Source: a plasmid. Taken from it: DNA of 64,000 nt. Under the pieces are notes generated by a model. That model was not told where the DNA came from. It did not search any database and was given only the letters and a program-made list of their open reading frames with translations. The position numbers were made by a program, and so were the translations under genes. The number at the start of each line of letters is the position of its first letter. The first letter of the stretch is position 1. This document shows positions 10,376-19,163 of the stretch, piece after piece. The DNA is taken from sequence record LC546831.1; one strand, given 5' to 3'.

Positions 10376-11062
10376 TCAGACCGTTGGTGCCTCGATGGCC
10401 AGGATGAGTGAGGGATTGTCATTGCGAACGGCACCCACAGCTGGCGAGACTGGTTGCCAGGTGAAATCCTCCGCTTGCAGGCTGTACACGTCAGCCTGCA
10501 TATGGCCAGAGGGCGGAACTAAGCGGGTATCGAGCCAGTCGCGCGCGGCGGCCGGCGGCAGCGCCAGAGGGCGCCTGTCATGAATATCCGCCAGGCCGGC
10601 ATGACTGGCGGCCGTGATAATGACAACGCTGCCGCCGCTGTCGCTGTCTGCTGCGTACAGCGCCGCAAAGAACAGCGGCTGGCGATCGGCGCCACGGATA
10701 AAATAGGGCTGCTTCAGCCGCGGATTGTCCGGCGACTTTTTCCATTCGTACCAGCCCGATGCCGGCACCAGCGCGCGGCCATGCTTCCAGAGCGGGGAGA
10801 ACATCCGGCTGTGCTCTGCGGTTTCAACGCGGGCATTGATGAGCGGCGGTTTTCCCTGTTCGCGCCACCATGCCGGCGCATAGCCCCAGTTAACCGGCGT
10901 CAGCTGCAACTGACCATCGTGGTGATGAAACACCGGCACTGGCGTGCCAGGGGCTACGTTATACCGTGCATGCCAGTCACCGGCGGTGCTAACTGGTGTA
11001 TCAGGCGCCAGGGCGGCGAGAAATTCGTCGCGGCTATGGAATTGTGCAAAGCGGCCACACAT
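10376..11062 (-). CDS. SOS response-associated peptidase (SRAP, YedK/DUF159 family), abasic-site DNA-protein crosslink protein
   Basis: N-terminal MCGRF with catalytic Cys2 and the overall SRAP signature; sits upstream of umuDC on the same strand. Confidence 0.8.
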   Translation of the reverse strand: MCGRFAQFHSRDEFLAALAPDTPVSTAGDWHARYNVAPGTPVPVFHHHDGQLQLTPVNWGYAPAWWREQGKPPLINARVETAEHSRMFSPLWKHGRALVPASGWYEWKKSPDNPRLKQPYFIRGADRQPLFFAALYAADSDSGGSVVIITAASHAGLADIHDRRPLALPPAAARDWLDTRLVPPSGHMQADVYSLQAEDFTWQPVSPAVGAVRNDNPSLILAIEAPTV

Positions 11063-11263
11063 AGGCAGGTGCTCTTGTTGTCGACATGGCCAAAGTATAG
11101 CTTCAGCGTCGTAGCAGGAGTTTACGCCAAGATATAAATATGTAACTTATTGAAAATGTTAAAAAAGTACAGATAATACGCATTATGTTAAATTGAATTC
11201 ACTGCTGATGGAAACAACCCTTGGACGTTGATTACGTCGCCAAAGTGAAGTCCGCTGACGGTC

Positions 11264-11593
11264 TTAACTGATCTCATTACCAGGGCAACTGTCAGGCAAA
11301 TGGATACCCATCAGGTGCAGAATAAAGCCGCGCCACCCCCGGTTAACCTGACGGTTATAGTTATACAGGTCAGCATTCTCTTTTTTCAGCTTTGACCATT
11401 CATGCATGAGTGTTGGCGCATCGAGATCGGTGATGTGCTTCACTTCACCGCCGATACGTACCGTGTTAATGCCTGTTCCCGTCATGATGACTCCCTCCTG
11501 TGATATCTGTTTCAGATTAACGTTGTTGTGATTTTTGCTGTACGACACTGCATTGATAACGGGTTTATCTGATTTCCGCGTAGTGTTCGTCAC
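11264..11593 (-). CDS. Hypothetical protein (109 aa) whose 5-prime end is fused to a vapC C-terminal remnant
   Basis: ORF with GTG start; upstream in-frame codons VLRSGANDTAIAGHVIAAGSILVTNTTR match the VapC C-terminus GPNDTAIAGHAIAAGTILVTNNTR. Confidence 0.3.
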   Translation of the reverse strand: MTNTTRKSDKPVINAVSYSKNHNNVNLKQISQEGVIMTGTGINTVRIGGEVKHITDLDAPTLMHEWSKLKKENADLYNYNRQVNRGWRGFILHLMGIHLPDSCPGNEIS

Positions 11594-11650
11594 CAGAATG
11601 GAGCCGGCGGCGATGACGTGGCCGGCAATCGCCGTGTCGTTCGCGCCTGA
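11576..11650 (-). pseudogene. vapC: Remnant of the 3-prime end of a vapC (PIN-domain toxin) gene, about 80% nt identity to vapC at 14640-14710
   Basis: Nucleotide alignment CGCGTAGTGTTCGTCACCAGAATGGAGCCGGCGGCGATGACGTGGCCGGCAATCGCCGTGTCGTTCGCGCC versus the intact vapC; a stop codon lies just upstream and the N-terminal 100 codons are missing. Confidence 0.55.
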
Positions 11651-11718
11651 CCGTAGGACATTGACTCATGAACGAATTTCCGCAGCTTTACGCTGAATGT
11701 CAAGTATTTCAGCACCGC

Positions 11719-12321
11719 TCAATTGCCTTCGTTCACCTGGATCTGCACCGGCAGTCCGGCATCATACGCGGCCTGATACCCGTCGGCGATCTGCAGCGCG
11801 TCCCCCTCCACCCGCACGACCGTGCCGTCCGCGCGCCACAGCTGCAGGCAGGTCGTGCCATCGAGCCGTACCACAAACGCTCCACGGCAGGCGGTATAGG
11901 TGATGCCGGCGATCACCAGTTCCTGGTCGGCCAGGGTATCGGCCGGGCGTACCGGCAGCACGCGCACGTCCTCCCGGCGCTGCTGTTCGTGCGCGGCGGC
12001 CAGTTCGTCTGCCAGCAGCGGCGTGGCCACCGCCCGGCCGGCGTCCGTCAGCTCGACGGCCAGCTGCATGTTCGGGGCGCGCAGGGTGCGCAGCCAGCCC
12101 GCGGCTTCCATACGCCGGCAGGAAGCGCGCAGGTTTGGTCCGTATACCGGGACGTCCCCGCCCTGCGTCAGCAGCCGTTCAATATCTCTTGTCGCCACCG
12201 GCCCTGGACGTTTCGCATCGAGGGCGGCCAGCACTATCAGCACCCGCCGCTGCAGCGGCGACGGCCGGCGAACGTTAACCGTTGTCACACTGTCAGCCCT
12301 CTCTCTTATTGATGAGGGCAT
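11719..12321 (-). CDS. Hypothetical DNA-binding protein (winged-helix-like segment RRVLIVLAALDAKRPGPVATRDIERLL); start uncertain
   Basis: Coherent protein-like ORF on the minus strand; the opposite-strand ORFs here look like GC-driven artefacts. Confidence 0.45.
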   Translation of the reverse strand: MPSSIRERADSVTTVNVRRPSPLQRRVLIVLAALDAKRPGPVATRDIERLLTQGGDVPVYGPNLRASCRRMEAAGWLRTLRAPNMQLAVELTDAGRAVATPLLADELAAAHEQQRREDVRVLPVRPADTLADQELVIAGITYTACRGAFVVRLDGTTCLQLWRADGTVVRVEGDALQIADGYQAAYDAGLPVQIQVNEGN

Positions 12322-12538
12322 GCAGGCGCTGCCGGTCGGCATCAACACGTTCATCCATTGTTGTGCCCGGATAACCCTGCAACGCCAGACCGTACCAGAA
12401 ACTCAGAATGGCTCTGGCCTTGGCCGACTCGCTGATGTATTTGGCGCCCTGGCTGTCCAGCTCGCATTCACGGATATGTTCTTCCGCTTCCCGGGTCAGC
12501 TGCTCATAGCTGAGTGAAAAATTCAGTTCCTGATCCAT
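12293..12538 (-). CDS. Hypothetical protein (81 aa), first gene of a minus-strand operon
   Basis: ORF preceded by an AT-rich promoter/operator region. Confidence 0.4.
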   Translation of the reverse strand: MDQELNFSLSYEQLTREAEEHIRECELDSQGAKYISESAKARAILSFWYGLALQGYPGTTMDERVDADRQRLHALINKREG

Positions 12539-12544
12539 CCTGCA

Positions 12545-12720
12545 CGCTCCATCTGATAATTTCCGGTTAAGTGAAAAATCATATCACGAATGGTTTACTT
12601 CTTATCTGATAATCATCATATCAAATATGATTTTATTTTTAATGAAAATTATCATATCAAATATCATTTTGTTTGCGTTCTAATATAATCATATTAAATG
12701 CCTGTTTTCCTCCGAGCAGA
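12545..12720. promoter_or_regulatory. AT-rich promoter/operator region with direct repeats ATCATATCAAATAT(G/C)ATTTT and TGATAAT motifs
   Basis: Repeats at about 12614 and 12649; TGATAAT at 12546 and 12606. Confidence 0.3.
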
Positions 12721-13008
12721 TCCGTTTTCTGGCAGAGTCGAAAGACAGCGCACTGCGCTAAACCTCAGCCAGCAGAGTTGAACAGAATCACCTGAGTGAC
12801 GAGAGCAACAGGCGTAAAAAAGGCCGCTGAAGCGGCCTGATTAGACGACACGGCATCGTCAATCCAGGCCGTTGCTAAACACCGCTGCTTAAAAACAGAC
12901 CTAACTTAGGATGTTTTCCCTTTTGCACGCGCCCCCTGTAAAATTGGCTCGCGAGACAAGGATTTAGAGGGCGTGAAAGACGCCGTATGGAATTATGGAG
13001 ATATTTCA

Positions 13009-13386
13009 ATGAATTTTTTGAAGATAGTACTGACTGCCGCTGTGTTTGTCGCTGCGCCCACATGGGCGGGAGATTTGACTGGGCCTCAAAAAAATGCCGC
13101 TAGATCTGCGAAGCAGTATCTCAGTGTGGCGGGCTTTTCACGGGACGGACTGATTCAGCAACTCTCATCGGATGCAGGAGATGGTTACGAGATTTCTGAC
13201 GCTACGGTAGCCGTGGACAGCCTGAACATTGATTGGAACCAGGAGGCGGTGAAATCTGCCAAGCAGTATCTCAGTATGATGGGCTTCTCGTGCAAAGGCC
13301 TCATTCATCAACTTTCCTCAAGTGCCGGAGACAAATACACCGTTGACCAGGCAACCTACGGTGCAAAACAGGCAGGTGGCTGCTAA
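13009..13386 (+). CDS. Ltp-family repeat protein (two Ltp domains, signal peptide ending TWA-GD); phage-type surface/superinfection-exclusion family
   Basis: Two repeats of SAKQYLSxxGFSxxGLIxQLSSxAGDxY (Lipoprotein_Ltp motif); N-terminal signal peptide MNFLKIVLTAAVFVAAPTWA. Confidence 0.7.
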   Translation: MNFLKIVLTAAVFVAAPTWAGDLTGPQKNAARSAKQYLSVAGFSRDGLIQQLSSDAGDGYEISDATVAVDSLNIDWNQEAVKSAKQYLSMMGFSCKGLIHQLSSSAGDKYTVDQATYGAKQAGGC

Positions 13387-13660
13387 AACACGGCGTGGCT
13401 CAAACGATGGTGACACTTGAGCCACTGAATTCCATTGTGCCGGTGTTTGCTCCCTCCGCATGCGGGCAGTCATTCGTGACGCTTTACCATCGATATGCTG
13501 ATCGAGTCCGCCAGGGCTGGGCGGTGGTTGTACTGACAAAGGTGGAAGGCGAAACTTACACTGCGCTTAGCCAGAGATATACCGGGCGCGCCGAACGCCA
13601 GTGGTGATCACTGGCGTGTCGGAGCTCAGGACGGTGAGTAAATCATTTCGACTATTCATT

Positions 13661-13969
13661 TTAATTAGGTCGCCAGCCACTTTTAAGCAGAACTTTCCCT
13701 TTTCGTACATTGATTTCATGCTGACAAACGGTTTTAGTCGTTTGCATATCGTTTTTGTTTTCCTTACCGAGCGTTTCATCATTCAGCTGAATGTTGATTA
13801 GGGTTATCATATCCTCACACTCTCTAATAGACCGCTTATTAGAAACATAGTTAGACAAACGGCGAACGCAAAAAAACATCAACATGAATACAAATAACGT
13901 TAGTGTGAATTTAATAATCACTTCCATTTTTATCCCCTGGCTGTAATCAATTCTTGATGAATAACTCAT
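13661..13969 (-). CDS. Hypothetical small membrane protein, low-GC
   Basis: ORF with one TM segment in an AT-rich islet. Confidence 0.3.
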   Translation of the reverse strand: MSYSSRIDYSQGIKMEVIIKFTLTLFVFMLMFFCVRRLSNYVSNKRSIRECEDMITLINIQLNDETLGKENKNDMQTTKTVCQHEINVRKGKVLLKSGWRPN

Positions 13970-13990
13970 TGCTGCGAGTGACTTTCCTTG

Positions 13991-14524
13991 TTAAAAAACT
14001 ATACTCGCCGCCGCCATTTTCTTACTTAATACTTTGATATCCTGCTCGTTTTTATCCTTTGAAATAAGGTTTTTTACAGTCCTTTCATGTGAATAATTCA
14101 TGGGGATACCTTTGCTAATGATGTCACAAAGGTAATTAATACCAGAACGAGGGGCATCATCCGGCAGCATCATTTCATCGTAGGCTTTCATGCTTTCATT
14201 ACAGAGATCTTGAATGTAAGTAGAACTGAGTAAAGGTTTTAATTTGGGTAGCTTGCAAAGGAAGAACAGAGCACCAAAACCGTAAACCCCAAAAAACCCA
14301 CCAATTGAAATAGCTAACCAATGATAGGCTGCTTGCTCCGTCTCGCCGAGAGTTACGGGTTTAGTAATCAACCACATTGAACCCATAACTATCACTACAA
14401 ACGACACAATCAAGATCTTGGGAGAGAACAACCCCAGCATGATGTCGGTAAATTTATTGGCAAGGTACTTATCTTGGCGTTGCAGATAGAGTTTCATAAC
14501 GGAATGATCTATTTTCATTATCAA
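13991..14524 (-). CDS. Hypothetical membrane protein (177 aa, 2-3 TM), low-GC
   Basis: ORF in an AT-rich islet, hydrophobic segments. Confidence 0.4.
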   Translation of the reverse strand: MIMKIDHSVMKLYLQRQDKYLANKFTDIMLGLFSPKILIVSFVVIVMGSMWLITKPVTLGETEQAAYHWLAISIGGFFGVYGFGALFFLCKLPKLKPLLSSTYIQDLCNESMKAYDEMMLPDDAPRSGINYLCDIISKGIPMNYSHERTVKNLISKDKNEQDIKVLSKKMAAASIVF

Positions 14525-14577
14525 GTTTCCTGTTCGAGTTTAGATTAGACGTTCTTTCGATTACTGAACATAGTGGC

Positions 14578-14994
14578 TTATTTCACCCAGTCTTCAAGTG
14601 CCAACCCCGCTACCCGCTCAAATTCCCGCGTATTATTCGTCACAAGAATGGTGCCGGCGGCAATGGCATGGCCAGCGATCGCTGTGTCGTTCGGGCCGAT
14701 CGGTGTCCCGGCCGCTGCCAGGGCGGCCTTGATCTCGGACGTGGCCTCCACGGCTGTCCGGTCCCAGGGCAGGATGGCATCGAGGCGGGCACAGAACGCG
14801 TCAACTAGCTGCGCGTGGCGCGGAGAAGCTCTCTTGCCGATCGCTCCAAAACGCATTTCGGCATATGTGATGGCCGAGATCACGATGCGGTGGTTACGCA
14901 GCACCGCCTGCTCTAGACGTTTAATGACGGCTTCTGGCTGCTCGCGCATGATGAACGAGCAGATGTTGGTGTCGAGCATATAGGTCTTGTTCAC
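14578..14994 (-). CDS. vapC: VapC PIN-domain ribonuclease toxin
   Basis: MLDTNICSFIMREQP... PIN signature, 138 aa, 4-bp overlap with upstream vapB. Confidence 0.9.
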   Translation of the reverse strand: MNKTYMLDTNICSFIMREQPEAVIKRLEQAVLRNHRIVISAITYAEMRFGAIGKRASPRHAQLVDAFCARLDAILPWDRTAVEATSEIKAALAAAGTPIGPNDTAIAGHAIAAGTILVTNNTREFERVAGLALEDWVK

Positions 14995-15221
14995 AGGTCA
15001 AATCGTCCTTCGTCGCTGACCACGTCCGCACGCTCCGCCATAAAGTCCGGGTCGGCCTTATCCAGCTGCGCGAACGAACCCCAGGTCGGGCGGACGGGGC
15101 GCAGGATTATATTATCCCCTTCCCTGACGATCTCGAGCTCACTCACCCCCTCAAAGTCCAGATCGCGGGGCAGACGGATGGCGCGGTTGTTGCCGTTTTT
15201 AAAAATGGATACGGTTCGCAT
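14991..15221 (-). CDS. vapB: VapB antitoxin (AbrB/SpoVT-type), start likely MRTVSIFKNG
   Basis: MRTVSIFKNGNNRAIRLPRDL swapped-hairpin motif; overlaps vapC start. Confidence 0.85.
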   Translation of the reverse strand: MRTVSIFKNGNNRAIRLPRDLDFEGVSELEIVREGDNIILRPVRPTWGSFAQLDKADPDFMAERADVVSDEGRFDL

Positions 15222-15264
15222 GATGTCCTCCTGGTTTATGGCCTCATGGCCCATCTACATAGGC

Positions 15265-15335
15265 TAAGTATATGCCGATGCATAGCATATGTATAGGACA
15301 AGGATATGCAGATGGCTGGCATATGGATATGTTTG
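15265..15335. promoter_or_regulatory. vapBC promoter/operator with inverted ATATGC...GCATAT repeats
   Basis: Two ATATGC-N10-GCATAT-like inverted repeats directly upstream of vapB. Confidence 0.35.
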
Positions 15336-15506
15336 CCCTATCCTTGCCTTCTTCTTTTTCAGCCAAGATCCGTTTTCTGCTAAAGCCGGATGCTAACTAT
15401 CTAAGGTGAAGGTGACTATGTGTTTACGCTGGCAGCCAAGCAACCTGAATGGTTTATCGTGATGTGCTCCGGCATACGTAAATCCTACACCGGAGCTAAG
15501 GAGTGA

Positions 15507-16439
15507 TTACTCCTGAAGGTGCAGCTCCTTCAGATTCGTTTCAAAGTAATCAACATAAATTCGCTCATTTTTGGGCTTCATTATCAGCTGAATACCGTTG
15601 GGAACGGGCGGACATGAGGCCCGGTAGGCGAACATCTCATCCTGGATATTCCGGAGCGTATAACCCAGTTGCTCTTCTTCTGCCCTTCCGGACACCCTGA
15701 TGCCGGATAATTCCTTCTCAACGTACTTTTTCAGCTTCTCGCTTCTTTTCATACTGCTGCGATTATCCAGAAACTGAAGCAAGAAATAGCGGATGACCGG
15801 CAGTGTGAACACCACATAGAAGAGGATCTCATTCAGCCCGGATTTCATGGAGATGCCGTAAACAAGCATCGCGACAGGCGAGACAATAAAAGCTGAAAGA
15901 TAAAACACGTGCAGCACCTTCCTGAGCGATTTGTCCCAGCCGAGGTTTTTTCCGTGGCACAGGAGCGCCATTACGGCCAGCGGCGCGTCATACACCTTAC
16001 TGACGTACCATCCCTCTTCGCCAAATCGCTTTCGTGCTTTTTCCGGACTGTCCCTGAAATAGGCAGCTGCCCGGATGATGTCATCCCGTGGGATCTCCTC
16101 CACCTTCAGGTCATTGCGCCGGATGCCCAGTACCCGGCAGTCGTACATTTCCTGGATTGAGGCTGCCTTCCTGCGCAGTGCCGCGATGTGTCCGCTGATG
16201 ATAATGTTAAAAGTAAGCACCAGGAGTCCATACAACCCCAGCAGTGAAGACAGCAGCTCTGAATCGACAAAGCCCCGGCTCCGGTTGTATACGGTAACGA
16301 GCGAAAGCAGGAGCGGCACGATGATGCTGAAGATAAAATTCAGCCTGTTCCAGTTTTTTACCCTGTCGTAAACACGGGCCTGCGCATACAGTAAATCCAG
16401 GTTTTCTCTGGTCGACTGGTTCGTGTAAATGGCATTCAT
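15507..16439 (-). CDS. SLATT-like multi-pass membrane effector (310 aa), downstream partner of the nucleotidyltransferase
   Basis: Two N-terminal TM helices (FIFSIIVPLLLSLVTVY, LLGLYGLLVLTFNIIISGHIAAL) and two more later; tightly coupled 3 bp after the SMODS gene. Confidence 0.55.
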   Translation of the reverse strand: MNAIYTNQSTRENLDLLYAQARVYDRVKNWNRLNFIFSIIVPLLLSLVTVYNRSRGFVDSELLSSLLGLYGLLVLTFNIIISGHIAALRRKAASIQEMYDCRVLGIRRNDLKVEEIPRDDIIRAAAYFRDSPEKARKRFGEEGWYVSKVYDAPLAVMALLCHGKNLGWDKSLRKVLHVFYLSAFIVSPVAMLVYGISMKSGLNEILFYVVFTLPVIRYFLLQFLDNRSSMKRSEKLKKYVEKELSGIRVSGRAEEEQLGYTLRNIQDEMFAYRASCPPVPNGIQLIMKPKNERIYVDYFETNLKELHLQE

Positions 16440-16442
16440 GGT

Positions 16443-17438
16443 TCACCCGTAAACAGGAAATAACGGCCCGAACACATCGCGCCATTTATTGATGGATTTT
16501 TCATACTCTTTGTTCTCCTCAAACCATCTCGCCTCCGATACCTTCTGCGCATCGAGATAACATCTGTCCGAAATCGCCTTACGCGCCTCGGCTGAAAGAG
16601 AGTTGATATCTCCCTGTATGCCTTTGGGATCGTTGACGGAGAACTGTACGTACAGACCGAGATGGCGGAAAAGCGCTTCCAGCTCCATATCGACAAACGA
16701 TGAGCAGGCTGACCTGCCGGCGTAATAGTCCAGAATCAGCGTCTCCAGCAGGTAGGAACTCATGGAGGGCATCGTCGGTCGCCGCTGCCAGTACTTGACT
16801 GCTCTGATGACATTCAGCACATTGCCGTCATTCTGCACATTGACAGTTGTGACTCTGTCCCTGTCTTTGCGGGGGTCGGTAAACTTCCAGTGGCCTTTGC
16901 CGTCGGGGATCAGATAGTAAGTCCGTCCAAAGGCATCTTCGCTGGTAATAAAGCAGGGTACGATGTCAAAATTCCAGTCCTTGCTGACCAGTTTCAGCGT
17001 GACGGCTTCCTGGTTACGCCTGATATCAGCTTGGGCGTATTGGGCAATGTCCTGCAGGCGGTTTTTAAAGGCATTCAGAATTCTGACGGAGCAGATAGTG
17101 TCAGCTCCGGAATGCCGATACCCGTGCAGGCGCGACCCCTCGCCGGAAGAGGTCAGAGTGATCCGGTCACTCAGAACGTTATAGGTGGCACTCTGCGCGG
17201 ATAAGCCGAACATCAGATCGATATCGTCCAGAGGACGGATTTTGGTTCTTCTGGCAAAGGATCCAAAGGCAATATGGATCGCTGGATAACTCACCGGAAA
17301 TTTATCGTCCTTCTCAAAATCATTCATCTTACCGATAAGCCAGTCGCGACTTGCACGCGCGTCATCGGTATCTGCCTTTTTGAGATTCACGGTATCTTTC
17401 ATAAATTCGTTAAAGGCAGCTATTACTGTGGTCGCCAT
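16443..17438 (-). CDS. SMODS-type cGAS/DncV-like nucleotidyltransferase (CBASS cyclase-like), 331 aa
   Basis: Pol-beta NTase motifs GSFARRTKIRPLDDIDLMF (GS...DxD) and third acidic NFDIVPCF; size and order (cyclase then TM effector) typical of minimal CBASS / SMODS-SLATT pairs. Confidence 0.6.
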   Translation of the reverse strand: MATTVIAAFNEFMKDTVNLKKADTDDARASRDWLIGKMNDFEKDDKFPVSYPAIHIAFGSFARRTKIRPLDDIDLMFGLSAQSATYNVLSDRITLTSSGEGSRLHGYRHSGADTICSVRILNAFKNRLQDIAQYAQADIRRNQEAVTLKLVSKDWNFDIVPCFITSEDAFGRTYYLIPDGKGHWKFTDPRKDRDRVTTVNVQNDGNVLNVIRAVKYWQRRPTMPSMSSYLLETLILDYYAGRSACSSFVDMELEALFRHLGLYVQFSVNDPKGIQGDINSLSAEARKAISDRCYLDAQKVSEARWFEENKEYEKSINKWRDVFGPLFPVYG

Positions 17439-18452
17439 GTTCAGTCCTTTAATTATTTATTGCAAAAGGCGCAGGGCTCTGACGTACATCTGCACACTCC
17501 AGTGCCCTGAAAGGGTCGAGACAGTTTATTCTTAGTTCCGCAAGTTCACTACCGTCTCGCTTTCTACAAGGCCTTGTAATTTACATGGGAAATAAGAGCC
17601 TCGCTCTTTTATTGAATTTAATGCAAGTGTTTTCAATTTTTAATGCCAAAAAAGCAATAATGCGATTATGTTTAAAATCAATCATTAGTATTGCATTATC
17701 AGCACAAATCCTTCTGCATTCCTCCTGAGATCCGAAAACTCCCAGAGACGGATCTTCCTGAACTCCTCCGGCGTACAGCTGCACGGAAACACAAGATGTA
17801 GCGGTGTTTACAGCTGATGATGACGCTATATGTTGTGTTCTCCCCCTGCCCCGTGACCCGGCGTGCGGCAGCGGATTTTGGTGCTTTGCTTATTTCCCCG
17901 GCGTGGTACACTTCCGGAAAGTTGTTATATGCCAGAAAGTCGGATCACACAGGAAAGGTGAATAGGTAATTTAATGGCGTGGTTATATGGCTGCTTATTA
18001 TCATCTGGGTGATTTTTACTGTATGGAACTGCGAGGGCGATCATCGTCACTGGCGTGATTGCGGGATGTGATAATTTCAATGGGGGTTTATGTGCAAGTC
18101 ATGTGATATTGACGCTAATTATTTTCACTCGGTTTATTGTGTGTATGACCATCTCGCAACTACTCACCACGTTTTATGGCTGCGCGATTCATCGAGAATT
18201 CCAAGCGGTTTGCTATCGAGGAATCTCCTTTCTTCTGCAGGTGATGTATTGGCCATATGGAATGCCCCTCCAGGAAAAGGATGGGCGCTTCGTATCCACG
18301 ATAATGAAGCCATTGACGAACGGCCAGACCCGCAGCGGGGGGATTTTGTCGATCTCAGTGATGAGGCAACAAGGTTTCAGATTCTTTTAGACCTTGGATG
18401 TTGACGTTTATACAAGAGCTGGGCGGGATTTTGCACTTAATAAGGAACATAC

Positions 18453-19163
18453 ATGGGTGACTGGTTTATTGCCACCGAGGGCGTGAAAATCGTCAAAGAC
18501 AGTCCAGGCCTGTGGCCGCAGATCATTACGGGGTTTGCGGCGTTGGGCGGCGTGTACCTGGCCCACTACTTAACCCGCTGGCGTGAGGAAAGAACGGCGG
18601 CGGCGAAGCAGGCCAGTGAGCGTCTTTTTATCGCCACGGAGCTGGTCTTTTTGCTGGAGCAGTTTGCCGAGGGTTGTGCCCAGGTAGCCACGGACCAGGG
18701 CGAGCCCGATCAGCAAGGTGAGTATTCCCCAGCGGTAAAGGCGCCTGAGCTGACTGTCCTGGATGTTTCGGGGGACTGGCGCACGCTTCCTCCGCTGATC
18801 ATGTACCGGATTCGTGAGCTGCCCATACTGCAGAGCGAAGCCCGTCGGGATATTGCTGCAGCTGCAGAGCATAGTTGGGCTCCCTATCACAAAGAAGGTT
18901 TTCAGGAGCGTCAGTACCAGTATGCGCGCCTCGGGCTGAAGGCCCTGCTCCTCTCACGGCGCCTCCGCAAACTGGCCGGTCTGCCCGACACCCGCCTTGA
19001 TGCGACGGAATGGTCTGCCCAGCCTGTCCTCTGGAAGGCGTGGCGGGAGGAGCGTAACAGACGTTCGGTTCAGGCAAGGCTGCGGCGGCAAACTATCGCA
19101 CAGATGAATGTTGCCCTGCAGCAGAGCATAAAAAATAACAGCCTGTCGGGGAGGACGCCGTGA
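18453..19163 (+). CDS. Hypothetical protein (236 aa, one N-terminal TM), overlaps the recombinase gene start by 4 bp
   Basis: ORF translationally coupled (ATGA) to the downstream tyrosine recombinase. Confidence 0.45.
   Translation: MGDWFIATEGVKIVKDSPGLWPQIITGFAALGGVYLAHYLTRWREERTAAAKQASERLFIATELVFLLEQFAEGCAQVATDQGEPDQQGEYSPAVKAPELTVLDVSGDWRTLPPLIMYRIRELPILQSEARRDIAAAAEHSWAPYHKEGFQERQYQYARLGLKALLLSRRLRKLAGLPDTRLDATEWSAQPVLWKAWREERNRRSVQARLRRQTIAQMNVALQQSIKNNSLSGRTP

Noticed and set aside
11668-12517. Plus-strand ORFs of 214 and 205 aa
   Set aside because: They run antisense to the more protein-like minus-strand ORF 11719-12354. Their Arg/Ala/Ser-rich translations are typical of spurious GC-rich frames.
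17581-18404. Short ORFs (67-111 aa) in the intergenic region upstream of the CBASS-like cyclase
   Set aside because: They are overlapping alternative frames with no RBS or family support. The region more likely holds the promoter of the cyclase operon.
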